A stretch of DNA of 63,862 bases, filler included, from Candidatus Hydrogenedentota bacterium (GTDB lineage Bacteria > JBFMHD01): NCBI GenBank assembly GCA_040752395.1. It is 5 parts of 5 records of this genome, joined end to end, with 100 filler letters (N's around TTAATTAATTAA, not from the genome) between each part and the next. Parts side by side here need not be neighbours in the genome. Positions count along the whole stretch, not along the records: positions 1 to 12,863 come from JBFMHD010000064.1; positions 12,964 to 25,789 come from JBFMHD010000065.1; 3 more parts are not named here. One strand, 5' to 3'. Below are positions 9,332 through 19,174 of the stretch, piece after piece. The translations under genes were made by a program, and so were the position numbers. Under the pieces are notes generated by a model that worked only from the letters and a program-made list of their open reading frames with translations, searched no databases and was not told where the DNA came from. How positions within the stretch are numbered: position 1 is the stretch's first letter; each line of letters begins with the position of its first letter.

Positions 9332-9553
9332 ATGGCGGCACAAATACAGCCAATTAATGGAATACAAAATAATGAAGACAGAATAAGAGCACAGGTACAA
9401 GCAGCAAATCAAACAACAGAACAACAGATTCCAAGAGGTGTGGTCGAACCAACAAATACTACAGGCAGCGTCTATGAACAGATAAGAGAAAGGGTTCTAG
9501 AAGAAGCTCTTGGTAACAATGGCCAGGGTCAGCAATTAAACATTATAGCATAG
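9332..9553 (+). CDS. Small Q/N-rich hypothetical protein
   Basis: Strong SD GGAGGTGA. C-terminal GQQLNIIA resembles the ends of YjfB-like small proteins (weak). Confidence 0.6.
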   Translation: MAAQIQPINGIQNNEDRIRAQVQAANQTTEQQIPRGVVEPTNTTGSVYEQIRERVLEEALGNNGQGQQLNIIA

Positions 9554-9622
9554 TAATTATTCGCATAAAAAAATCAAATCTTTTTTTTTGACTTTTAAAA
9601 AGTAACGTTATACTATAATATT

Positions 9623-10054
9623 ATGCGTTTAAATTTTTTTATTAAGATTCTGCTCCTTTGTCTTTTGTTTGATGCTGTTAGCTGTACTACGACAAATGAC
9701 AAGATTATTTCAAACCCCACCTACTCTATAGTTAAATCAAAATATTATTATACTGATATTGATTCTGTTTTAAGAGTTATTTATGAATTTATAAGGGAGC
9801 AAAACGGTAGCATTATATTTGAAGATTCTTATCATATACATTTTCAAACTACTCTACAGAGTGAGAATATCCTGATTTCAAAAGAGGTCCAGTATAAGAT
9901 CCTCATTTTTAAAGATCTGAATGCTACAAAAGTAACTCTTAACATCTTTGAAGTTTCAGAGAGTTTAGGCCGTACTATTGAACCCTCATCTAAAATATCC
10001 CAGAAACTCTATAAACAATTCTGGGTTTATCTTGATAAAAGACTAAGTTATTAA
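9623..10054 (+). CDS. Hypothetical lipoprotein
   Basis: Hydrophobic N-terminus ending AVSC. Confidence 0.55.
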   Translation: MRLNFFIKILLLCLLFDAVSCTTTNDKIISNPTYSIVKSKYYYTDIDSVLRVIYEFIREQNGSIIFEDSYHIHFQTTLQSENILISKEVQYKILIFKDLNATKVTLNIFEVSESLGRTIEPSSKISQKLYKQFWVYLDKRLSY

Positions 10055-10659
10055 CTAATCTGCAAAAGCAAATCACCAGCCTCTTTTAAAAAAATTTTAT
10101 CCGGTAATTTCATTAAAAGGTCTTTATATTCCTCTGAAGAAGCAATACTTTTCCGATGTTTTTCTGGTATGTATTTGTATATAAATTCAATCATAACAAG
10201 AGGTGGTAAGGTTTCATATATTTTATCAAGGCCGTTTTTCTTTGTTATATATCCTTTAATATTTTCTAAATCTTTTATAATTTCGTTTTCATAATATCGC
10301 GGTAATATTAACTTTATAAACTTCAAATAAGTGTTTCCTCTCTTGAGAGATTCTAATATGCATCTTTGTTTTAGATTATCAGGTAAATCACAAGCAAGTT
10401 TTTTAATGCTACCTCTCTGTGGAAACTTCTTAACGATTTTTTCAATAAATTCGTCTTTGTCTATTTTACCCATTATAAGTAGTTTCAAATCTATCTCAGA
10501 TGGCAAAATATGTTTCATATTGCCTAATTTAATAATTGTATTTTTGTTGGTATATATTTTATAGATAGTATACAAACCCTGTAATTCATTATAAAAAAGA
10601 TATATAAAAATAGCAGCGGGAATTAAAGCTATCAGAAATAAAATAATAACTTTTTTCAA
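10051..10659 (-). CDS. Hypothetical protein with N-terminal TM/signal
   Basis: 202-aa ORF translationally coupled to the upstream gene. Confidence 0.6.
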   Translation of the reverse strand: MKKVIILFLIALIPAAIFIYLFYNELQGLYTIYKIYTNKNTIIKLGNMKHILPSEIDLKLLIMGKIDKDEFIEKIVKKFPQRGSIKKLACDLPDNLKQRCILESLKRGNTYLKFIKLILPRYYENEIIKDLENIKGYITKKNGLDKIYETLPPLVMIEFIYKYIPEKHRKSIASSEEYKDLLMKLPDKIFLKEAGDLLLQIS

Positions 10660-11132
10660 AGATATACTACCTCAGCAATATTTTTTATAGTATCAAATAC
10701 AGCCACTGATGGTTTCCCACTCACCCACCCACCACATTCACCAGGATTAATTATGAGTTTATTATCTATTTCTTCAATAAGTGGCGTATGTGTGTGTCCA
10801 AAACATATTATATCAGTATTATAACCATCGTAATTATCCCTGGGCTCATGAAATAAAATAAATTTTTTATCTGATATTATTATTTCACCGGGCTGATTCA
10901 CTATTGGTCCGATATTACTAAACATTTTAACAAGACCATTCTTTTCACCATCGTTGTTGCCAAACACTCCGAAAAATGGAACCTTTAATCTCCCGAGCAC
11001 TCTGGATGTAAAAGGCGCGATATAATCTCCGCAATGTAAAACATACCCTGCTTTATAATTATTAAAAACGTCTAAAACTCTTTCCAGTAGATTAAGGTTA
11101 TCATGCGAATCAGCCATAATCCCGATAATCAT
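10656..11132 (-). CDS. YfcE-family metallophosphoesterase
   Basis: DSHDN, HCGD, GNND, FGHTH, NPG. True start is the ATG at 11132; the track's extension is repeat DNA. Confidence 0.88.
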   Translation of the reverse strand: MIIGIMADSHDNLNLLERVLDVFNNYKAGYVLHCGDYIAPFTSRVLGRLKVPFFGVFGNNDGEKNGLVKMFSNIGPIVNQPGEIIISDKKFILFHEPRDNYDGYNTDIICFGHTHTPLIEEIDNKLIINPGECGGWVSGKPSVAVFDTIKNIAEVVYL

Positions 11133-11137
11133 AAAAT

Positions 11138-11207
11138 CCTCTCCTGTGAAAAACATTGTAATTATAATAATATCAAGTAAAAGCAAGAGGCAAGAGACAA
11201 GAAGCAA
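11138..11207 (-). repeat. Modular intergenic element (CTTGCTT array + SD end module)
   Basis: Minus strand reads TTGATATTATTATAATTACAATGTTTTTCACAGGAG just before the phosphoesterase ATG. Confidence 0.8.
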
Positions 11208-11213
11208 ATTGTA

Positions 11214-11480
11214 TCACTTGGCCTTGTAGCAGTATTTACAGCCTAAAATAATGACTTTGTCTATCGCATCTGCTTTTAATTTACCATATAATTCATCGGT
11301 ATCATCAAGCTCTCTTCTACATAAAGGACAAATTTTGTTCTTTTTTTTATGTGTCTCAAATTCTTTGGTAACCTGTCTTTTATAAAGCAGGTAGCCTGTG
11401 CTGACACCAATAATTACCACGATAAAAAAAACAATCAAATCAGAATATAAGCTGCCAAATAAATTATAATAATCATTCAT
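11214..11480 (-). CDS. Small membrane protein with two CxxC pairs
   Basis: One TM helix, CPLC and CKYC; overlaps the channel gene stop. Confidence 0.55.
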   Translation of the reverse strand: MNDYYNLFGSLYSDLIVFFIVVIIGVSTGYLLYKRQVTKEFETHKKKNKICPLCRRELDDTDELYGKLKADAIDKVIILGCKYCYKAK

Positions 11481-12484
11481 TTCAAAACAAGGTCTCTTAA
11501 TCTCTGAATCTGACCAATTGAACCCATTACAATAAGTATACTATCTGAAGTAAGTAAAGTATCGGATTTAGGATTATATACATAGCCACCCCTTGAAATA
11601 TCTTTTATTGCGATTATAATTAATCCGGTTTGATTTGGGATTTGAACCTGAGCAAGTGTTTTACCGATAAAAGATGAGTTAACAGGTATTGTAACTTCTT
11701 CAAGCCTTAAAACTTCTTCTTCAGAATAGATCATAGTATCAAGAAAATTAACAACCGTCGGTCTTACAGCAATAGAAGCCATTCGAAGACCACCTAATAC
11801 ATTAGGGGAGACCACCTTATCAGCACCGGCTCTTTTAAATTTGTCTATTGCTTTATCATCTATAGCTCTTGCAATAACTGGAAGATTAGGGTTTAAAGCC
11901 TTGGCTGTGACTAAGAGGAAAAGATTATCAGCATCAGTTGAAAGTGTAGCGATAAGACCACGCGCCAGCTTTACACCAGCATCAATGAGTGTCTTCTCTT
12001 CTGTGGCATTACCATAGAGAGCTATTATTGAAGAGAAATTAGTTTCAGCCCGGCTCAAATTATCTTGATTTGTATCTATAATAACCACTGGGATATTAAT
12101 CCTGGATAACTCAGAAACTGCATAATACCCTACCCGACCTACGCCACAGACTATAATATGGTTTTTAATATCCTGTAATCTCTTCTCCATTTTCCTTCTC
12201 CTTAAAATTTTATGTAAGTCTCCCTCGACAATAAAAGCTGTCAGGTTTGCTATCGAAAATGTTAAGGCACTGATGCCGCATAATATTAACACTATCGTAA
12301 AAATTCTACCATAAAAACTTAAAGGATGAATCTCTGCATAACCAACAGAAAATATTGTTATAATCGTCATATAAATAGCATCATAATAATTCCACCCCTC
12401 TATAATAATATAACCTGATGAACCTATTAAAATTACGATGATAAGTAAAAGAATTGATAGTTTGAACTTTTTTAAAGCATCCAT
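11477..12484 (-). CDS. Potassium channel with RCK (TrkA-N/TrkA-C) domains
   Basis: Two TMs with TIFSVGYAE filter; CGVGRVG Rossmann motif; C-terminal TrkA-C. Confidence 0.9.
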   Translation of the reverse strand: MDALKKFKLSILLLIIVILIGSSGYIIIEGWNYYDAIYMTIITIFSVGYAEIHPLSFYGRIFTIVLILCGISALTFSIANLTAFIVEGDLHKILRRRKMEKRLQDIKNHIIVCGVGRVGYYAVSELSRINIPVVIIDTNQDNLSRAETNFSSIIALYGNATEEKTLIDAGVKLARGLIATLSTDADNLFLLVTAKALNPNLPVIARAIDDKAIDKFKRAGADKVVSPNVLGGLRMASIAVRPTVVNFLDTMIYSEEEVLRLEEVTIPVNSSFIGKTLAQVQIPNQTGLIIIAIKDISRGGYVYNPKSDTLLTSDSILIVMGSIGQIQRLRDLVLK

Positions 12485-12617
12485 AAGTTTCTATGCTACC
12501 CAACTACTAATTCCCTACCACCTCCATTTTGAGTCCCTCATCACCTCTTCACGCCGTTCAGCGTCATTGTTCTACATTAGAGGTTACGAAAAACTCGATA
12601 GACTACTTATTTAATAA

Positions 12618-12645
12618 TAAAGAAAAACATAATTTTTGTCGATAA
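12618..12645 (+). promoter_or_regulatory. Candidate sigma28 (FliA) promoter
   Basis: TAAA-N16-GTCGATAA. It points into the repeat element; the target gene lies beyond the contig end. Confidence 0.4.
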
Positions 12646-12669
12646 ATATATTAGAAGAAGTCAAGATAG

Positions 12670-12863
12670 GCGCGGTTTGCGCTCTACACAATATATGAAA
12701 AACTAAAGATGATATGAAAAGAGTCACAAGTCGCAAGTCGTGAGTCAAAACAGGACTCAGGACTCAAGACTCAAGACTTTTCAGCAGGCTCCGGGCTTCG
12801 GGCTCCAGCCGGCTGTAGTCCGTAGCCCGTAGCCTGTAGCCCGTCCTGATACCTCTCACTTCT
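12670..12863 (+). repeat. Modular intergenic element, long core (REP-like end, GAGTC/GACTC and GGCT/AGCC inverted arrays)
   Basis: Core shared with 38321-38470, 39950-40105, 40578-40712 and 51405-51538; truncated by the contig end. Confidence 0.9.
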
Positions 12864-12963
12864 NNNNNNNNNNNNNNNNNNNNNNNNNNNNNNNNNNNNN
12901 NNNNNNNTTAATTAATTAANNNNNNNNNNNNNNNNNNNNNNNNNNNNNNNNNNNNNNNNNNNN
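12864..12963. other. Artificial contig linker
   Basis: N run - TTAATTAATTAA - N run. Confidence 0.99.
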
Positions 12964-13336
12964 GAAATATTGAGATTGATATTAAATTAGACCCCAATGT
13001 AGAAAAGGTAAAATTTTCACAAGATGAGATTAACAGTATAATCAGAAATCTTTACAGAATGCTATTGAATCGTTTGACAATCTAAAAAATAAATTAATTA
13101 TCATAAAGACTATAAACAGGGGTGATTATATTATTTTATCGATAGAAGATAGTGGTGTTGGGATACAGGATAATATAAAAGACAGGGTTTTTGACCCATT
13201 CTTTACAACAAAAGAAAACGGGACCGGCATAGGTTTATCAATTGTAAAAGGAATTATCGAATCAAAAAATGGCAGGATAGAGATTGGGAAATCAGAACTC
13301 GGTGGTACCAAGATCGAAGTATACATAAAAAAGTAA
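12964..13336 (+). CDS. Sensor histidine kinase C-terminus (HATPase), partial, with an apparent 1-nt deletion at 13051-13053
   Basis: N box is split (RNL|QNAIES); DSGVGI, FDPFFTTK, GTGIGL follow. Confidence 0.85.
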
Positions 13337-13355
13337 GGGATGATAGGAGTAAATT

Positions 13356-14744
13356 ATGGCACGTAAGATCACATTATTATTTGTTGAGGATGAAGAGAAG
13401 TTATTAAATTTACTTAAAATCTCGTTTGAAGGTAAAGATTGTGAGATAAAGATAGCTCAAAAACCAGGCGAAGCAATGAAGATATTAAATGAGGGTGGGA
13501 TTGATATACTTGTTACTGATTTAAAGATGCCGGGTATAAGCGGTATGGAGCTACTCAAGTATGCTAAAAAGATAAAGCCCGAGATAGAAGTGGTTATGAT
13601 GACAGCCTATGCTACTACCCAAACAGCTGTGGAAGCTATGAAAGAAGGAGCCTACGATTACATTACCAAACCCTTTAAGATGGATGAGATGATTCTACTT
13701 ATAGATAGGATTGTTGAAAAGATAAATTTAAAAGAGGAAAATAGATTATTACGGGAAGAATTGTCACAGGGTGATTTCAGGGAGATTATTGGTTCTTCAG
13801 CAGGGATTGAGAGCGTTCTTGAACGAATTAAAAAAGTTGCTGATTCACCTATAACTGTCCTGATACAGGGTGAAAGTGGAACTGGTAAAGAACTTGTAGC
13901 AAGAGCTATACATAAAAACTCGCAACGAAGGAACGAAAATTATGTATCGGTCAATTGCGCAGCTATCCCGCGGGAACTTATAGAATCAGAATTATTTGGC
14001 CATGAAAAAGGGGCTTTTACTGGAGCGATGGAGATGAGGATAGGGAAATTTGAACTCGCTAATAAGGGCACCATATTTCTTGATGAGATAGCAGAACTCT
14101 CACTTGAACTTCAATCAAAATTTCTAAGAGTTCTTCAAGAAAGAGAGATAGAGAGGGTTGGTGGAAATAAAAAAATAAAAGTAGATGTTAGAGTCATAGC
14201 TGCAACTAATCGTAATTTACAACAGCTAGTTAAAGAAGGCAGATTCAGAGAAGATTTATATTACAGAATAAATGTTTTTCCGATTATTATACCGCCTTTG
14301 CGTGAAAGAAAAGAAGATATTACGGTATTAGCAAAATATTTTACTAACAAACATGCTAAAACAATAGGACTACAACCAAAAAAAATTGATAATGAGACAA
14401 TGGATATTATTTTAAGTTATGATTGGCCCGGGAACGTAAGAGAACTACAGAATGCTATGGAGCATGCCTGCGTTCTTGCTACAGATGAATATATTTTACA
14501 GGAGCATTTACCTGAATATATTCCACGATTAAAAACTACCCAGACCCCAAAGAAAGAGATAGAGATAGAGATACCAGAGCAGGGTATTAAATTACAGGAT
14601 GTTGAAAAGGAGTTATTAATAAAAGCTGTGAAAAAAGCGCGTGGCAATCTATCTAAAGCAGCTCGTCTACTCAGTATATCACGAAGGACACTCGGATATA
14701 GATTAAAAAAACATAGATTAGATAATCTTGTTGAAGAACAATGA
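13356..14744 (+). CDS. NtrC-family sigma54-dependent response regulator
   Basis: REC (TDLKMPG), GESGTGKE, GAFTGA, WPGNVREL, Fis HTH. Confidence 0.95.
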   Translation: MARKITLLFVEDEEKLLNLLKISFEGKDCEIKIAQKPGEAMKILNEGGIDILVTDLKMPGISGMELLKYAKKIKPEIEVVMMTAYATTQTAVEAMKEGAYDYITKPFKMDEMILLIDRIVEKINLKEENRLLREELSQGDFREIIGSSAGIESVLERIKKVADSPITVLIQGESGTGKELVARAIHKNSQRRNENYVSVNCAAIPRELIESELFGHEKGAFTGAMEMRIGKFELANKGTIFLDEIAELSLELQSKFLRVLQEREIERVGGNKKIKVDVRVIAATNRNLQQLVKEGRFREDLYYRINVFPIIIPPLRERKEDITVLAKYFTNKHAKTIGLQPKKIDNETMDIILSYDWPGNVRELQNAMEHACVLATDEYILQEHLPEYIPRLKTTQTPKKEIEIEIPEQGIKLQDVEKELLIKAVKKARGNLSKAARLLSISRRTLGYRLKKHRLDNLVEEQ

Positions 14745-14746
14745 GC

Positions 14747-14762
14747 TGGCAAGAATTTTGCT
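14747..14762 (+). promoter_or_regulatory. Sigma54 -24/-12 promoter
   Basis: TGGCAA-GAATT-TTGCT (GG-N10-GC), upstream of 14787. Confidence 0.65.
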
Positions 14763-14786
14763 TTGAATTTTAGATAAAACAGTACT

Positions 14787-15374
14787 ATGAACATACTAAT
14801 TTTACAGCCCGCATCTTATCTCACACGTCTTTTTTTATTCTTTTTATCTATTTACTTTTTTATAACAAATTCTATATTTTCTGCAGATGATACTCTTTAT
14901 ATTAAAATAGCAATGCTTAACAAAGAATTAGATGAAATAGACCTAACTATTATTAAAAATAATAATGAAATAGAAAGATTATCACAATCGATAGGGGAAT
15001 CTGATAGATTAAATCTGGTTAAGAGAATTATAAATAGAAAGAATCTTAAAGAACTACATAAACTGATTGAAGAAAATGAAGAAAATAAGAATAAAAAAGT
15101 AGAATTATTAAAAATGCGCGAAAATATATATTTTGCAAATATAACAGATAAAGAAGATAAAATACTTGAGATTATGTGTGGCATTTGCTTAAAGAAGAAT
15201 CAAGAAGAGATAGAAAAACAGAAAACAAAAATAGAAAAAGCTGCTAATGTCGATGAAAAAATGAAAAACGAGAAAAGATTGATAGAATTGATTAAAGAAA
15301 CAGATGAGATTCAAAAAAAGTATGAGGTTTTAAATAAAAAATATCAGGAGAAGACCTATGGTAATAAAGAATGA
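14787..15374 (+). CDS. Hypothetical coiled-coil protein with N-terminal hydrophobic segment
   Basis: K/E-rich helical ORF overlapping the next gene. Confidence 0.55.
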   Translation: MNILILQPASYLTRLFLFFLSIYFFITNSIFSADDTLYIKIAMLNKELDEIDLTIIKNNNEIERLSQSIGESDRLNLVKRIINRKNLKELHKLIEENEENKNKKVELLKMRENIYFANITDKEDKILEIMCGICLKKNQEEIEKQKTKIEKAANVDEKMKNEKRLIELIKETDEIQKKYEVLNKKYQEKTYGNKE

Positions 15375-16869
15375 TGAATCTTTAGCAAAAAAATTACAAA
15401 GCTTGATTAATCTATCACAGATTATTAATTCATTAAGAAATCTTGACGAGGTTCTGGAAAACATACTTATCAGTGCAAGCGAGGTTATGCACTGTGAAGG
15501 ATGCTCTATATTACTTATTGAGTCAGGGACCGATTATCTTTATTTCCGTGCAGCAACAGGTGAAAAAAAAGATGATATTAAGAGATACAGACTCAAATTG
15601 GGTGAAGGGATTGCAGGCTGGGTCGCTTTATTTGGTGAGCCACTTTTAGTACCGGATGTTAAAAAAGACAAGAGATTTAAGGAAAGTATATCAAAAGAAC
15701 TTAATTATCCTACAAAAGACATCTTATGTGTCCCTCTTATTTATAGAGGAAAGATAACCGGTACACTTGAGGTTGTGAACTCGTTTAATAGAGAACATTT
15801 TACAGAGGAAGATATACCGATATTACAGACATTTGCAAATGGTGTAGCTATTGCGATAGAAAACGCAAAATACGTTCAAGACTTAAGTGAAGAGAATATC
15901 AAACTAAAACGCGAACTCGATACTAAATTCTCGTTTGATGACATTATAGGCAAAAATTCAAATTTGCTTAAAATGATAGAGATAGCTAAACGTATTGCTG
16001 ATGCAAATGTCACGGTTCTTATCAGAGGTGAATCCGGTACAGGTAAAGAACTTTTAGCACAATCTATACATAATGCAAGCTCACGCCGAAATAAACCTTT
16101 TATCGCAGTAAATTGTGCAGCTATACCAGAGACACTACTTGAGAGTGAGTTGTTTGGATACGAAAAAGGAGCGTTCACAGGAGCTTTTGCTCGTAAACCC
16201 GGTAAATTTGAACTCGCACATTATGGAACCGTATTCCTTGATGAAATAGGTGAACTCTCACCAAAACTTCAGGTGAAATTATTAAGGATTTTACAGGAAC
16301 GTATCGTTGAACGTATCGGCGGGAATGAGGGAGTCCCGGTGGATGTCAGGATTATAGCTGCAACTAATAAAAATCTTGAAGAAGAGATTAAAATAGGGAT
16401 GTTCAGAGAAGATTTATTTTACAGAATAAATGTTATTACACTAAAACTGCCTGCTCTTTGCGAAAGAATGGAAGATATCCCTTTACTTGTAAACTATTTT
16501 ATAAATAAACATTCCAGACGACTTAATATCAAAACTAATGGGATAGATAAAGAAGCTGTGGAAATGCTTATGCAGTATAACTGGCCAGGCAATATCAGGG
16601 AACTTGAAAATGTTATAGAACGCGCAGTGGTTCTTGCTGGTAATGATATGATAACTAAAGAATATGTGGCTTTGCGGAGTGTTGAACAATCAATGCCAGA
16701 ATATCAGCCAAATATATCTTTAAAGGATGCTCAATTGCGGTTTAAGAAAAAATTTATAAAATTAGCACTGGAGCGTAATGATAGGAACCAATCAAAAACA
16801 GCAAAAGAGTTAAAGATCCAGAGAACATATTTATCAAGACTAATAAAAGAATTAAATGCTACCCCCTGA
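15358..16869 (+). CDS. GAF-domain sigma54 activator (NifA/FhlA-like)
   Basis: GAF (GEGIAGWV), GESGTGKE, GAFTGA, HTH. Confidence 0.93.
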   Translation: MVIKNDESLAKKLQSLINLSQIINSLRNLDEVLENILISASEVMHCEGCSILLIESGTDYLYFRAATGEKKDDIKRYRLKLGEGIAGWVALFGEPLLVPDVKKDKRFKESISKELNYPTKDILCVPLIYRGKITGTLEVVNSFNREHFTEEDIPILQTFANGVAIAIENAKYVQDLSEENIKLKRELDTKFSFDDIIGKNSNLLKMIEIAKRIADANVTVLIRGESGTGKELLAQSIHNASSRRNKPFIAVNCAAIPETLLESELFGYEKGAFTGAFARKPGKFELAHYGTVFLDEIGELSPKLQVKLLRILQERIVERIGGNEGVPVDVRIIAATNKNLEEEIKIGMFREDLFYRINVITLKLPALCERMEDIPLLVNYFINKHSRRLNIKTNGIDKEAVEMLMQYNWPGNIRELENVIERAVVLAGNDMITKEYVALRSVEQSMPEYQPNISLKDAQLRFKKKFIKLALERNDRNQSKTAKELKIQRTYLSRLIKELNATP

Positions 16870-16962
16870 TGTTTATTTTATACATAGCCTACAAAAAATA
16901 AAAACTACAAGCCCCCACCAATGTAAAAATATCTAAAAATATTGTAGATATATATAAAAAAC

Positions 16963-16976
16963 GTGATAATTATCAC
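16963..16976. promoter_or_regulatory. Palindromic operator candidate GTGATAATTATCAC
   Basis: Perfect 14-bp palindrome with GTGA-N6-TCAC spacing, 8 nt upstream of the sigma54 box. Confidence 0.4.
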
Positions 16977-16984
16977 ATCAGGAC

Positions 16985-17000
16985 TGGTATATCTATTGCA
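16985..17000 (+). promoter_or_regulatory. Sigma54 -24/-12 promoter of the sigma factor gene
   Basis: TGGTAT-ATCTA-TTGCA (GG-N10-GC). Confidence 0.6.
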
Positions 17001-17053
17001 CAATATTCTGTAACAACTCATAAATCAGCACCACTTATTTTTTCAAGGATACT

Positions 17054-17896
17054 ATGTTTCTACATTTTAAGGAACTGCCAAAAGAATTTTTTAGGAATTT
17101 AAATGGTTCTAAATTATTAAGCAAAGAACAAGAAAAAGAACTAATAGAGAGAATAAAAAAAGGGAGTACAGATGCTTATGAAATTATGGTCAATAATAAT
17201 CAGAAGCTTGTTTTAAGTATAGTCAGAAAATTTTGCAAGAATGAATTTCAGATAAATGACCTGATGCAGGAAGGTAATCTCGGTTTAATGAGGGCTATAA
17301 ACAAGTTTAATGAGAGAAGAGAGGTAAAATTTTCTACATATGCGACCTGGTGGATAAGGCATCACGTTGTCAATGCTATGAATTACAGATTCTCAAATTT
17401 CAGATTACCTGTAAAAAAGCTTAAGGTATTAAGAGAGTTCAATAGTTTTATGATACAATTTTTACAAAAAAACGGCAGACTCCCTGATGTTATAGAATTA
17501 GCCCGGGGCTTGAATATGTCTATGGGCACTGTGAAAAAAATATTAAAACTCACTCGAGGGTATTTTCAATTTGATGTATCTTATGGTGATGCTAATAATG
17601 ATTTAATACCTTTTGAAGAGATAAGCAATAGTGTTAGATGCGAAGAGAATTACGAACCTGCTCATAATACCATTAAAAATGATTTAAAAGAGAAACTTTT
17701 TGAAGCCTTGAATTTATTACCACTAAAAGTAAAAAGTATGCTACTTTATCGTTATGGCTTTATTGATGGAATGTTTCATACACTGAAAGAGACCGGTAAA
17801 AGATTTAATATGTCAGCTGAAGCAATAAGACTTTATGAAAAAAAATCATTTGATCGACTTAGAAATAGATGCCGAAATTTAAAAGAATATTTATAA
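17054..17896 (+). CDS. Alternative sigma70-family factor (RpoD/RpoS-like, no region 1.1)
   Basis: DLMQEGNLGLMRA..KF, KFSTYATWWIR, region 4 TLKETG. Confidence 0.9.
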   Translation: MFLHFKELPKEFFRNLNGSKLLSKEQEKELIERIKKGSTDAYEIMVNNNQKLVLSIVRKFCKNEFQINDLMQEGNLGLMRAINKFNERREVKFSTYATWWIRHHVVNAMNYRFSNFRLPVKKLKVLREFNSFMIQFLQKNGRLPDVIELARGLNMSMGTVKKILKLTRGYFQFDVSYGDANNDLIPFEEISNSVRCEENYEPAHNTIKNDLKEKLFEALNLLPLKVKSMLLYRYGFIDGMFHTLKETGKRFNMSAEAIRLYEKKSFDRLRNRCRNLKEYL

Positions 17897-17906
17897 GAGG
17901 CAAAAA

Positions 17907-18039
17907 ATGAATGAGGGAACTAAATATGTGAAAATTATTGAATGGTCCAAGGAAGATAGGTGTTTTATAGGCAGTTATCTAGATACCCTCTTCACTATCG
18001 GGCAAAGAGTTTGTGAATGCAATGCAAAAGATTGCATAA
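17907..18039 (+). pseudogene. Internally deleted HicB-like antitoxin relic
   Basis: N-terminus KYVKIIEWSKEDRCFIGS joins, in another frame, a C-terminus SGKEFVNAMQKIA*. Confidence 0.45.
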
Positions 18040-18048
18040 AAGTAGGGG

Positions 18049-19173
18049 CTATTTAATAAAAGTTAACTTGCCTTTGCCTTTCCTGCCGTCAACAGTATAA
18101 ACAAGATAATAATAAACACCGCTTGCTATAACTTGACCATCGCTATCTTTACCATCCCATACTATACTTGTTTTATCATTTATATTGAGTGTTATGACTT
18201 TTCTTCCACGAGCATCAAAAATATCTATTCTTGATATACCTTTACCTGGAATCCTTTGACAGATATCTTCATTAAGGTTGATAGTTACCCCATTACTACC
18301 TGAATAGATGAATGGATTAGGATAATTTATTACACTTACTGTTGCAGACTCAAGTCCAAGCAAAGTTTTTGTTACAAGGTCTACTGTATGGGGTTTACTT
18401 ATTTTTGTTTCGTAGAATCTAAAGTCATCAATAAATACGCCTGACATTAGTATAGCATCGCCCATATCTCCAACGCTGAAATAAATATCTATTATATCAC
18501 CTGGTATAACAGGGAAACAGTTTGCCAGTATCTGTGTTCTGCCATCAAATTGGGTACCAGTAGGTTCGTCTGTCCGTAAGAAGAAATCACTGTTAACACT
18601 TATTATTTTTCCTGTATTATCATACACAATGTTATAAGATGAAGAAGGTTTTGATGCTTGATAAGTAATAGCAGTCTGACCAACCTCAAAAAAATAAAAA
18701 TCATTGAATGTGCTCCCCACGTATTCAGGATATTCCTCGGATAAAAAACAGAATATATAACTTGCTGTATACATCCCGTCTGGAACTTTTAGTTTAATAT
18801 GCAACTGGACGCCGTCATCACCTCCGCCATCCATTCCTTTATTGTCCTGTATCCCCTGGTCATACGATGCACCGGTCAGGGTATTAGAGCCAGGTATAAG
18901 TCCTATATTACCACAGGTCAACACAGCAAAATTGCTGGACTGATAAGGGAACCCAAGGATATTATCACTCCAGATACCATATCCATCATGGTCTGCTGAT
19001 GTGTCTTTTCCTATAACTTTGAGTTCAGCTAAGAGTATAATTGATGAATCTATTCCCATGGCATTAGCAAGTTGAAAAGCAGTTACCCCGGAATCTATAG
19101 ACCCGGCCAGAAGTGAAAAAGGTGTAGTTACTATGATTAAAATTAAAAGAATTCTTATAAATTCATCTTTCAT
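18049..19173 (-). CDS. Secreted protein, choice-of-anchor-L-like domain plus T9SS/FlgD-like C-terminal domain
   Basis: Signal peptide from ATG 19173; FLSEEYPEYVGSTFND; NYPNPF...WDGKD..G..ASGVYYY. Confidence 0.75.
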   Translation of the reverse strand: MKDEFIRILLILIIVTTPFSLLAGSIDSGVTAFQLANAMGIDSSIILLAELKVIGKDTSADHDGYGIWSDNILGFPYQSSNFAVLTCGNIGLIPGSNTLTGASYDQGIQDNKGMDGGGDDGVQLHIKLKVPDGMYTASYIFCFLSEEYPEYVGSTFNDFYFFEVGQTAITYQASKPSSSYNIVYDNTGKIISVNSDFFLRTDEPTGTQFDGRTQILANCFPVIPGDIIDIYFSVGDMGDAILMSGVFIDDFRFYETKISKPHTVDLVTKTLLGLESATVSVINYPNPFIYSGSNGVTINLNEDICQRIPGKGISRIDIFDARGRKVITLNINDKTSIVWDGKDSDGQVIASGVYYYLVYTVDGRKGKGKLTFIK

Positions 19174-19174
19174 T

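Noticed and set aside
13051-13053. Programmed frameshift in the kinase
   Set aside because: A single missing T in a short run near a contig end is most likely a sequencing error.
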